Assembly: GCA_964016885.1 (NCBI GenBank)
Contig: OZ024742.1
Location: forward strand, 347,386,001-347,450,000
Source: Eledone cirrhosa
Lineage: Eukaryota
Reading direction: 5' to 3'
Length of the DNA: 64,000 nt
The notes beneath the pieces were generated by a model, which saw only the letters and a list, made by a program, of their open reading frames with translations, did not search any database and was not told the DNA's origin. The position numbers and the translations under genes were made by a program. This document shows, piece after piece, positions 23,466-34,900 of this stretch (the first letter of the stretch is position 1; each line of letters begins with the position of its first letter).

Positions 23466-23759
23466 ATAGTTTTTAAAATAATAAAAAGTTTGAGGGATTA
23501 AATAATATAACTAACATTCTAGTTATTAAACTAGTGCCTGGAATATAACTTAACAAAGGTTCTTACATAAAATTAAGATGGAACATCTTAAGCCAAACAG
23601 TTTTATATATTGTAGAACCTGGGGAAGGGTGCAGGTAGTTTTGTAGGGCCATTGGCTGGAAACTTAATCCAGGCCTTTACATATTGTTTATGCAAACAAA
23701 AAAATTCATTTTGGACAACTTAAATACAGTAAGGGCCCTTGGCTGAATATTTGATCAAA

Positions 23760-23962
23760 GTGGTAGTGCTGGTGCCATGATGAAATCACCCAATACACTG
23801 TAAAGTGGTAGTGCTGGTATCACTATAAAATACATCCAGTACACTGTAAAGTGATAGTGTAGGTATCACTATAAAATGATAGTGGTGGTAGTGGTTGTGG
23901 TGGTGGTGGTGATAGTTGTGGTAGTGGTGGTGGTGGTGGTGGTGGTGGCAGTGGCTGTGGTG
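23760..23962. repeat. About 2.5 copies of a ~45-bp unit followed by a degenerate (GGT)n microsatellite
   Basis: tacactgtaaagtg.tagtg..ggtatcactataaaat recurs in 23760-23880; GGT tract at 23881-23962. Confidence 0.75.
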
Positions 23963-23994
23963 ACCAACTCTTTATTTCAATGGAAAATACTTAC

Positions 23995-24112
23995 TTTGCG
24001 AGGTGTCATTAATATTCGATATGACCTTTTCTGATCTAAACTTTTCTCACAATTAATTTGCCTTGCAATGTGTTCCATCATTTCAATTCGGGGTCGAACA
24101 ATGTACAGCCGT
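23995..24112 (-). CDS. VPS33B: VPS33B-like coding exon (2nd visible): (Q)RLYIVRPRIEMMEHIARQINCEKSLDQKRSYRILMTPRK
   Basis: 118 bp; tattttag acceptor and gtaagt donor; CA+A junction gives Gln; VRPRI..M..IA motif of the VPS33 family. Confidence 0.94.
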
Positions 24113-24121
24113 CTAAAATAG

Positions 24122-24522
24122 ATAATAATAATGATTTCTAGTATGGGCACAAGGCCAGTAATTTGGGGGAAGGACAAAGTCGATTAAACCGACCCCAGTA
24201 CGTTACTGGTGCTTTATTTTATTGACCTCGTGAGGATGAAAGGCGAAGCTAACCTCGGCGGGATTGGAACTCAGAACATAAAGGGCAGCAACTATATGCC
24301 ACAAAGCATGGTGTCCGACACTCTACTGATAATAATAATAATAATTGTTTCTACTTTTGGCACAAGGCCAGCAATTACCCAGTACATTACTGGTACTTTA
24401 TTTTATCAACCCCGTAAGGATGAAAGGTAAAGTTAACCTTGGCGGGATTTGAACTCAGAATGGAAAGGGCCATAACTCTATACGTCAAAGCATGGCGTCC
24501 GACCCTCTACCGATACAGCCAA
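24122..24522 (-). mobile_element. Two head-to-tail copies of the tRNA-derived SINE (24122-24328, 24329-24522) with (ATT)n tails
   Basis: Homologous to 23023-23240; B-box-like motifs at ~24260-24272 and ~24445-24456; the second copy shares an internal deletion with the 20784-20918 copy. Confidence 0.8.
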
Positions 24523-24744
24523 TAATAATGAAATTAAATGTGTGCAAATCCCACATTACACTGCTTACAACACAGAACATTATAATAGTAATAATATATT
24601 TTACTGACTTTCGCTGAGGAACCCAATAAAAAAGGGAGGGGGAAGATTTTAAAAATAGGGGTCAAATTTTACATGCAATTGAGTTTTATACAAGTGTATA
24701 CAGCAATGTAATTATAAGATGAAAAATAGAAAACTGGTATTTAC

Positions 24745-24809
24745 TGGTTGCATCCAGGCAATGCTTTCTGTGTTGGATCAAATTTAAATATTTTGGCAAC
24801 TCCATGGGC
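24745..24809 (-). CDS. VPS33B: VPS33B-like coding exon (1st visible, internal): AHGVAKIFKFDPTQKALPGCN(Q)
   Basis: 65 bp; atctttcag acceptor and gtaaat donor; phase 2 out matches the next exon; HGV.KIFK resembles VPS33 (H.V.K..K). No start codon, so upstream exons must lie elsewhere. Confidence 0.88.
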
Positions 24810-24902
24810 CTGAAAGATAAATACATGTAGAAAACCAGTTTATATATATATATATAAATCTGTGTGTGTGTGTGTGTAAACTTACCAAACCCTATTTGTT
24901 TT

Positions 24903-25163
24903 CATCATCATCATCATCATCGTTTAATGTCTATTTTCCACGCTAGCATGGGTTTAGACGGGAGTTGTCCTACTTGAGGCAAGATTGGTCGGGTGACCAT
25001 GTCTCGCTTGTATAGGACTGTCTAGCAGGTTTTCTACGGTTGGATGTCCTTCCTAACACCAACCACGTTTACAGTGTGGACTGGGAGGTTTTTACTGTTT
25101 TACCTACATGGCCACATTACAGTGTGGACTGTGTACTTTTTGTCGTGGCACCTACACGACCTC
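24903..25163. mobile_element. Dispersed SINE/LINE-tail-like repeat fragment with (CAT)n end
   Basis: (CAT)n followed by cgtttaatgtctattttccacgctagcatgggtt, similar to 25684-25730 (the end of the RTE remnant); family not firmly assignable. Confidence 0.45.
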
Positions 25164-25342
25164 ATATATATATATATAGTTATGTAATAAACAACATAAG
25201 ATAATAAATTCATTTACCAGTGGTTTCTTGAAGACAGATATTTATATCTGTCTTCAGTCATCAGAACGAATAAAAAAAAAAAATAAATAAAAAAACGTCC
25301 TTGTTATCTTATTTCACTATATAATATATATTATATATATAT

Positions 25343-25373
<31 letters not shown>

Positions 25374-25375
25374 GA

Positions 25376-25625
25376 CCATTGAATTACAGGTACAGTCGAT
25401 CTTATAGTGTAGGTGGCTAAGTATTTCACAGACACGTGTATCCTTAACGTAGTTCTCAGTATGATTCAGCATGACAGTGTGTGACAAAGCTGGACCATTG
25501 AACTCCTTTTTTGATTTTTGCCAACTAAGTGAACTGGAACAATGTGAAATAAAGTGTCTTGCTCAAAAAGACAATGTGCTGCAGGGACAATTCCATGCAG
25601 CACATTGTCTTTTTGAGCAAGACAC
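25376..25625. mobile_element. Degenerate SINE-like repeat
   Basis: Shares ~100 bp of homology with 19738-19847. Confidence 0.5.
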
Positions 25626-25683
25626 TTTATTCACAACCACAAGGAAGAAAGCCAAACATCTTAATCACTAAGTCATCTTCCTG

Positions 25684-25962
25684 CATCATACTTTTACATC
25701 CATTTTCCCATAATTGCATGGGTTGGACAGTTTCTTTCCATCTCCTGCGTTCCTTTGACATCTCAACATGTTGAAATCCACCCTAACCACCTCTGCCCAG
25801 CTTTTCTTTGCTCTTCTTCTACTACAGTTTCCTTTCACTGAGCTCTCTTGGTCTCTTCATCCAGAAATCATCATCCATATGCATAACAAGTCCATACCAG
25901 TGTAATCATCTCACTTACATGTCATATTTAATTCCTCTTATACCAAGTTATTCCTTCAGCTC
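25684..25962 (-). mobile_element. 3' remnant of an RTE-clade LINE
   Basis: Minus strand reads ELKE*LGIRGIKYDM*VR*LHWYGLVMHMDD and further on RRRAKKSWAEVVRVDFNML, matching the recalled RTE ORF C-terminal signature ELR..LGI......RRLRWYGHV.RM...GRPRKTW.EVV..D; multiple stops. Confidence 0.72.
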
Positions 25963-28900
25963 ATCACATCTCTATATCAGTCTTCTCTCACCCCATCACA
26001 TCTCTATATCACACTCTTCTCTCACCCCATCACATCTCTATATCACAGTCTTCTCTCACCCCATCACATCTCTATATCACAGTCTTCTCTCACCCCATCA
26101 CAACTCTATAACACAGTCTTCTCTCATCCCATCACATCTCTATATCAGTCTTCTCTCACCCCATCACATCTCTATATCACAGTCTTCTCTCACCCCATCA
26201 CATCTCTATATCACAGTCTTCTCTCACCCCATCACATCTCAATATCAGTCTTCTCTCACCCCATCACATCTCTATATCACAGTCTTCTCTCACCCCATCA
26301 CATCTCTATATAAGTCTTCTCTCATCCCATCACATCTCTATATCAGTCTTCTCTCACCCCATCACATCTCTATATCACAGTCTTCTCTCACCTCATCACA
26401 TCTCTATATCACAGTCTTCTCTCACTCCATCACATCTCTATATCACAGTCTTCTCTCACCCCATCACATCTCTATATCAGTCTTCTCTCACCCCATCACA
26501 TCTCTATATCACAGTCGTCTCTCATCCCATCACATCTCTATATCAGTCTTCTCTCACCCCATCACATCTCTATATCAGTCTTCTCTCACCCCATCACATC
26601 TATATATCACAGTCTTCTCTCATCCCATCTCATCTCTATATCAGTCTTCTCTCACCCCATCACATTTCTATATCAGTCTTCTCTCATCCCATCACATCTC
26701 TATAAAACAGTCTTCGCTCACCCCATCACATCTCTATATCACAGTCTTCTCTCACCCCATCACATCTCTATATCAGTCTTCTCTCATCCCATCACATCTC
26801 TATATCACAGTCTTCTCTCACCCCATCACATCTCTATAACACAGTCTTCTCTCATCCCATCTCATCTCTATATCAGTCTTCTCTCACCCCATCACATCTC
26901 TATATCACAGTGTTCTCTCATCCCATCTCATCTCTATATCAGTCTTCTCTCACCCCATCACATCTCTATATCACAGTCTTCTCTCACCCCATCACATCTC
27001 CATATCACAGTCTTCACTCACCCCATCACATCTCTATATCACAGTCTTCTCTCATCCCATCACATCTCTATAACAGTCTTCTCTCACCCCATCACATCTC
27101 TATATCACAGTCTTCTCTCATCCCATCACATCTCTATATCACAGTCTTCTCTCATCCCATCTCATCTCTATATCAGTCTTCTCTCACCCCATCACATCTC
27201 TATATCACAGTCTTCTCTCATCCCATCACATCTCCATGTCACAGTCATCTCTCACCCCATCACATCTCTATGTAAGTCTTCTCTCATCCCATCACATCTC
27301 TATAACACAGTCTTCTCTCACCTCATCACATCTCTATATCACAGTCTTCTCTCACTCCATCACATCTCTATATTAGTCTTCTCTCACCCCATCACATCTC
27401 TATATCACAGTCTTCTCTCACCCCATCACATCTCTATATCACAGTCTTCTCTCACCTCATCACATCTCTATAACACAGTCTTCTCTCACCCCATCACATC
27501 TCTATAACACAGTCTTCTCTCACCCCATCACATCTATATAACACAGTCTTCTTTCATCCCATCACATCTCTATATCACAGTCTTCTCTCACCCCGTCACA
27601 TCTCTATATCACAGTCTTCTCTCATCCCATCTCATCTCTGTATCAGTCTTCTCTCACCCCATCACATCTCTATAACACAGTCTTCTCTCACCCCATCAAA
27701 TCTCTATATCACAGTCTTCTCTCACCCCATCACATCTCTATATCACAGTCTTCTCTCATCCCATCTCATCTCTATATCAGTCTTCTCTCATCCCATCACA
27801 TCTCTATAACACAGTCTTCTCTCACCCCATCACATCTCTATATCACAGTCTTCTCTCATCCCATCACATCTCTATATCACAGTCTTCTCTCACCCCATCA
27901 CATCTCTATATCACAGTCTTCTCTCACCCCATCACATCTATATAACACAGTCTTCTTTCATCCCATCACATCTCTATATCACAGTCTTCTCTCACCCCAT
28001 CACATCTCTATATCACAGTCTTCTCTCATCCCATCTCATCTCTATATCAGTCTTCTCTCACCCCATCACATCTCTATAACACAGTCTTCTCTCACCCCAT
28101 CACATCTCTATATCACAGTCTTCTCTCACCCCATCACATCTCTATATCAGTCTTCTCTCATCCCATCACATCTCTATAAAACAGTCTTCTCTCACCCCAT
28201 CACATCTCTATATCACAGTCTTCTCTCACCCCATCACATCTCTATATCAGTCTTCTCTCATCCCATCACATCTCTATATCACAGTCTTCTCTCACCCCAT
28301 CACATCTCTATAACACAGTCTTCTCTCATCCCATCTCATCTCTATATCAGTCTTCTCTCACCCCATCACATCTCTATATCACAGTGTTCTCTCATCCCAT
28401 CTCATCTCTATATCAGTCTTCTCTCACCCCATCACATCTCTATATCACAGTCTTCTCTCACCCCATCGCATCTCTATAACACAGTCTTCTCTCATCCCAT
28501 CTCATCTCTATATCAGTCTTCTCTCACCCCATCACATCTCTATATCACAGTCTTCTCTCATCCCATCACATCTCCATGTCACAGTCATCTCTCACCCCAT
28601 CACATCTCTATGTAAGTCTTCTCTCATCCCATCACATCTCTATAACACAGTCTTCTCTCACCTCATCACATCTCTATATCACAGTCTTCTCTCACTCCAT
28701 CACATCTCTATATTAGTCTTCTCTCACCCCATCACATCTCTATATCACAGTCTTCTCTCACCCCATCACATCTCTATATCACAGTCTTCTCTCACCTCAT
28801 CACATCTCTATAACACAGTCTTCTCTCACCCCATCACATCTCTATAACACAGTCTTCTCTCACCCCATCACATCTATATAACACAGTCTTCTTTCATCCC

Positions 28901-31900
28901 ATCACATCTCTATATCACAGTCTTCTCTCACCCCATCACATCTCTATATCACAGTCTTCTCTCATCCCATCTCATCTCTGTATCAGTCTTCTCTCACCCC
29001 ATCACATCTCTATAACACAGTCTTCTCTCACCCCATCAAATCTCTATATCACAGTCTTCTCTCACCCCATCACATCTCTATATCACAGTCTTCTCTCATC
29101 CCATCTCATCTCTATATCAGTCTTCTCTCATCCCATCACATCTCTATATCAGTCTTCTCTCACCCCATCACATCTCTATATCACAGTCTTCTCTCACCCC
29201 ATCACATCTCTATATCACAGTCTTCTCTCACCCCATCACATCTCAATATCAGTCTTCTCTCACCCCATCACATCTCTATATCACAGTCTTCTCTCACCCC
29301 ATCACAACTCTATAACACAGTCTTCTCTCATCCCATCACATCTCTATATCAGTCTTCTCTCACCCCATCACATCTCTATATCACAGTCTTCTCTCACCCC
29401 ATCACATCTCTATATCACAGTCTTCTCTCACCCCATCACATCTCAATATCAGTCTTCTCTCACCCCATCACATCTCTATATCACAGTCTTCTCTCACCCC
29501 ATCACATCTCTATATAAGTCTTCTCTCATCCCATCACATCTCTATATCAGTCTTCTCTCACCCCATCACATCTCTATATCACAGTCTTCTCTCACCTCAT
29601 CACATCTCTATATCACAGTCTTCTCTCACTCCATCACATCTCTATATCACAGTCTTCTCTCACCCCATCACATCTCTATATCAGTCTTCTCTCACCCCAT
29701 CACATCTCTATATCACAGTCGTCTCTCATCCCATCACATCTCTATATCAGTCTTCTCTCACCCCATCACATCTCTATATCAGTCTTCTCTCACCCCATCA
29801 CATCTATATATCACAGTCTTCTCTCATCCCATCTCATCTCTATATCAGACTTCTCTCACCCCATCACATTTCTATATCAGTCTTCTCTCATCCCATCACA
29901 TCTCTATAAAACAGTCTTCGCTCACCCCATCACATCTCTATATCACAGTCTTCTCTCACCCCATCACATCTCTATATCAGTCTTCTCTCATCCCATCACA
30001 TCTCTATATCACAGTCTTCTCTCACCCCATCACATCTCTATAACACAGTCTTCTCTCATCCCATCTCATCTCTATATCAGTCTTCTCTCACCCCATCACA
30101 TCTCTATATCACAGTGTTCTCTCATCCCATCTCATCTCTATATCAGTCTTCTCTCACCCCATCACATCTCTATATCACAGTCTTCTCTCACCCCATCACA
30201 TCTCCATATCACAGTCTTCACTCACCCCATCACATCTCTATATCACAGTCTTCTCTCATCCCATCACATCTCTATAACAGTCTTCTCTCACCCCATCACA
30301 TCTCTATATCACAGTCTTCTCTCATCCCATCACATCTCTATATCACAGTCTTCTCTCATCCCATCTCATCTCTATATCAGTCTTCTCTCACCCCATCACA
30401 TCTCTATATCACAGTCTTCTCTCATCCCATCACATCTCCATGTCACAGTCATCTCTCACCCCATCACATCTCTATGTAAGTCTTCTCTCATCCCATCACA
30501 TCTCTATAACACAGTCTTCTCTCACCTCATCACATCTCTATATCACAGTCTTCTCTCACTCCATCACATCTCTATATTAGTCTTCTCTCACCCCATCACA
30601 TCTCTATATCACAGTCTTCTCTCACCCCATCACATCTCTATATCACAGTCTTCTCTCACCTCATCACATCTCTATAACACAGTCTTCTCTCACCCCATCA
30701 CATCTCTATAACACAGTCTTCTCTCACCCCATCACATCTATATAACACAGTCTTCTTTCATCCCATCACATCTCTATATCACAGTCTTCTCTCACCCCAT
30801 CACATCTCTATATCACAGTCTTCTCTCATCCCATCTCATCTCTGTATCAGTCTTCTCTCACCCCATCACATCTCTATAACACAGTCTTCTCTCACCCCAT
30901 CAAATCTCTATATCACAGTCTTCTCTCACCCCATCACATCTCTATATCACAGTCTTCTCTCATCCCATCTCATCTCTATATCAGTCTTCTCTCATCCCAT
31001 CACATCTCTATAACACAGTCTTCTCTCACCCCATCACATCTCTATATCACAGTCTTCTCTCATCCCATCACATCTCTATATCACAGTCTTCTCTCACCCC
31101 ATCACATCTCTATATCACAGTCTTCTCTCACCCCATCACATCTATATAACACAGTCTTCTTTCATCCCATCACATCTCTATATCACAGTCTTCTCTCACC
31201 CCATCACATCTCTATATCACAGTCTTCTCTCATCCCATCTCATCTCTATATCAGTCTTCTCTCACCCCATCACATCTCTATAACACAGTCTTCTCTCACC
31301 CCATCACATCTCTATATCACAGTCTTCTCTCACCCCATCACATCTCTATATCAGTCTTCTCTCATCCCATCACATCTCTATAAAACAGTCTTCTCTCACC
31401 CCATCACATCTCTATATCACAGTCTTCTCTCACCCCATCACATCTCTATATCAGTCTTCTCTCATCCCATCACATCTCTATATCACAGTCTTCTCTCACC
31501 CCATCACATCTCTATAACACAGTCTTCTCTCATCCCATCTCATCTCTATATCAGTCTTCTCTCACCCCATCACATCTCTATATCACAGTCTTCTCTCATC
31601 CCATCACATCTCCATGTCACAGTCATCTCTCACCCCATCACATCTCTATGTAAGTCTTCTCTCATCCCATCACATCTCTATAACACAGTCTTCTCTCACC
31701 TCATCACATCTCTATATCACAGTCTTCTCTCACTCCATCACATCTCTATATTAGTCTTCTCTCACCCCATCACATCTCTATATCACAGTCTTCTCTCACC
31801 CCATCACATCTCTATATCACAGTCTTCTCTCACCTCATCACATCTCTATAACACAGTCTTCTCTCACCCCATCACATCTCTATAACACAGTCTTCTCTCA

Positions 31901-34900
31901 CCCCATCACATCTATATAACACAGTCTTCTTTCATCCCATCACATCTCTATATCACAGTCTTCTCTCACCCCATCACATCTCTATATCACAGTCTTCTCT
32001 CATCCCATCTCATCTCTGTATCAGTCTTCTCTCACCCCATCACATCTCTATAACACAGTCTTCTCTCACCCCATCAAATCTCTATATCACAGTCTTCTCT
32101 CACCCCATCACATCTCTATATCACAGTCTTCTCTCATCCCATCTCATCTCTATATCAGTCTTCTCTCATCCCATCACATCTCTATAACACAGTCTTCTCT
32201 CACCCCATCACATCTCTATATCACAGTCTTCTCTCATCCCATCACATCTCTATATCACAGTCTTCTCTCACCCCATCACATCTCTATATCACAGTCTTCT
32301 CTCACCCCATCACATCTATATAACACAGTCTTCTTTCATCCCATCACATCTCTATATCACAGTCTTCTCTCACCCCATCACATCTCTATATCACAGTCTT
32401 CTCTCATCCCATCTCATCTCTATATCAGTCTTCTCTCACCCCATCACATCTCTATAACACAGTCTTCTCTCACCCCATCACATCTCTATATCACAGTCTT
32501 CTCTCACCCCATCACATCTCTATATCAGTCTTCTCTCATCCCATCACATCTCTATAAAACAGTCTTCTCTCACCCCATCACATCTCTATATCACAGTCTT
32601 CTCTCACCCCATCACATCTCTATATCAGTCTTCTCTCATCCCATCACATCTCTATATCACAGTCTTCTCTCACCCCATCACATCTCTATAACACAGTCTT
32701 CTCTCATCCCATCTCATCTCTATATCAGTCTTCTCTCACCCCATCACATCTCTATATCACAGTGTTCTCTCATCCCATCTCATCTCTATATCAGTCTTCT
32801 CTCACCCCATCACATCTCTATATCACAGTCTTCTCTCACCCCATCGCATCTCTATAACACAGTCTTCTCTCATCCCATCTCATCTCTATATCAGTCTTCT
32901 CTCACCCCATCACATATCTATATCACAGTCTTCTCTCATCCCATCTCATCTCTATAAAACAGTCTTCTCTCACCCCATCACATCTCTATATCACAGTCTT
33001 CTCTCACCCCATCACGTCTCTATATCAGTCTTCTCTCACCCCATCACATCTCTATATCACAGTCTTCTCTCACCCCATCACATCTCTATATAAGTCTTCT
33101 CTCATCCCATCACATCTCTATATCAGTCTTCTCTCACCCCATCACATCTCTATATCACAGTCTTCTCTCACCTCATCACATCTCTATATCACAGTCTTCT
33201 CTCACTCCATCACATCTCTATATCACAGTCTTCTCTCACCCCATCACATCTCTATATCAGTCTTCTCTCACCCCATCACATCTCTATATCACAGTCTTCT
33301 CTCATCCCATCACATCTCTATATCAGTCTTCTCTCACCCCATCACATCTCTATATCAGTCTTCTCTCACCCCATCACATCTATATATCACAGTCTTCTCT
33401 CATCCCATCTCATCTCTATATCAGTCTTCTCTCACCCCATCACATTTCTATATCAGTCTTCTCTCATCCCATCACATCTCTATAAAACAGTCTTCGCTCA
33501 CCCCATCACATCTCTATATCACAGTCTTCTCTCACCCCATCACATCTCTATATCAGTCTTCTCTCATCCCATCACATCTCTATATCACAGTCTTCTCTCA
33601 CCCCATCGCATCTCTATAACACAGTCTTCTCTCATCCCATCTCATCTCTATATCGGTCTTCTCTCACCCCATCACATATCTATATCACAGTCTTCTCTCA
33701 TCCCATCTCATCTCTATAAAACAGTCTTCTCTCACCCCATCACATCTCTATATCACAGTCTTCTCTCACCCCATCACGTCTCTATATCAGTCTTCTCTCA
33801 CCCCATCACATCTCTATATCACAGTCTTCTCTCACCCCATCACATCTCTATATAAGTCTTCTCTCATCCCATCACATCTCTATATCAGTATTATCTCACC
33901 CCATCACATCTCTATATCACAGTCTTCTCTCACCTCATCACATCTCTATATCACAGTCTTCTCTCACTCCATCACATCTCTATATCACAGTCTTCTCTCA
34001 CCCCATCACATCTCTATATCACAGTCTTCTCTCACCCCATCACATCTCTATATCAGTCTTCTCTCACCCCATCACATCTCTATATCACAGTCTTCTCTCA
34101 TCCCATCACATCTCTATATCAGTCTTCTCTCACCCCATCACATCTCTATATCAGTCTTCTCTCACCCCATCACATCTATATATCACAGTCTTCTCTCATC
34201 CCATCTCATCTCTATATCAGTCTTCTCTCACCCCATCACATTTCTATATCAGTCTTCTCTCATCCCATCACATCTCTATAAAACAGTCTTCGCTCACCCC
34301 ATCACATCTCTATATCACAGTCTTCTCTCACCCCATCACATCTCTATATCAGTCTTCTCTCATCCCATCACATCTCTATATCACAGTCTTCTCTCACCCA
34401 TCACATCTCTATAACACAGTCTTCTCTCATCCCATCTCATCTCTATATCAGTCTTCTCTCACCCCATCACATCTCTATATCACAGTGTTCTCTCATCCCA
34501 TCTCATCTCTATATCAGTCTTCTCTCACCCCATCACATCTCTATATCACAGTCTTCTCTCACCCCATCACATCTCCATATCACAGTCTTCACTCACCTCA
34601 TCACATCTCTATATCACAGTCTTCTCTCATCCCATCACATCTCTATAACAGTCTTCTCTCACCCCATCACATCTCTATATCACAGTCTTCTCTCATCCCA
34701 TCACATCTCTATATCACAGTCTTCTCTCATCCCATCTCATCTCTATATCAGTCTTCTCTCACCCCATCACATCTCTATATCACAGTCTTCTCTCATCCCA
34801 TCACATCTCCATGTCACAGTCTTCTCTCACCCCATCACATCTCTATGTAAGTCTTCTCTCATCCCATCACATCTCTATAACACAGTCTTCTCTCACCTCA

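Noticed and set aside
17674-24809. Assignment as VPS33A
   Set aside because: Diagnostic segments (WLNTVAK, GIGRAAK, DRDVDFVT, CEEVLEREG) are closer to VPS33B as recalled; a reciprocal BLAST would settle it.
18460-25774. Other short ORFs in the unique island (e.g. 18460, 19450, 20235, 20396, 21622, 22294, 22919, 24209, 25471, 25559)
   Set aside because: They overlap microsatellites, SINEs or the antisense strand of exons and show no recognisable protein motifs.
24810-25960. Candidate further upstream VPS33B exon (donor-like gtaag at ~24885 and gtaaat at ~25217 on the minus strand)
   Set aside because: The adjacent sequence does not translate to recognisable VPS33 N-terminal sequence; 24885 borders a repeat tail.
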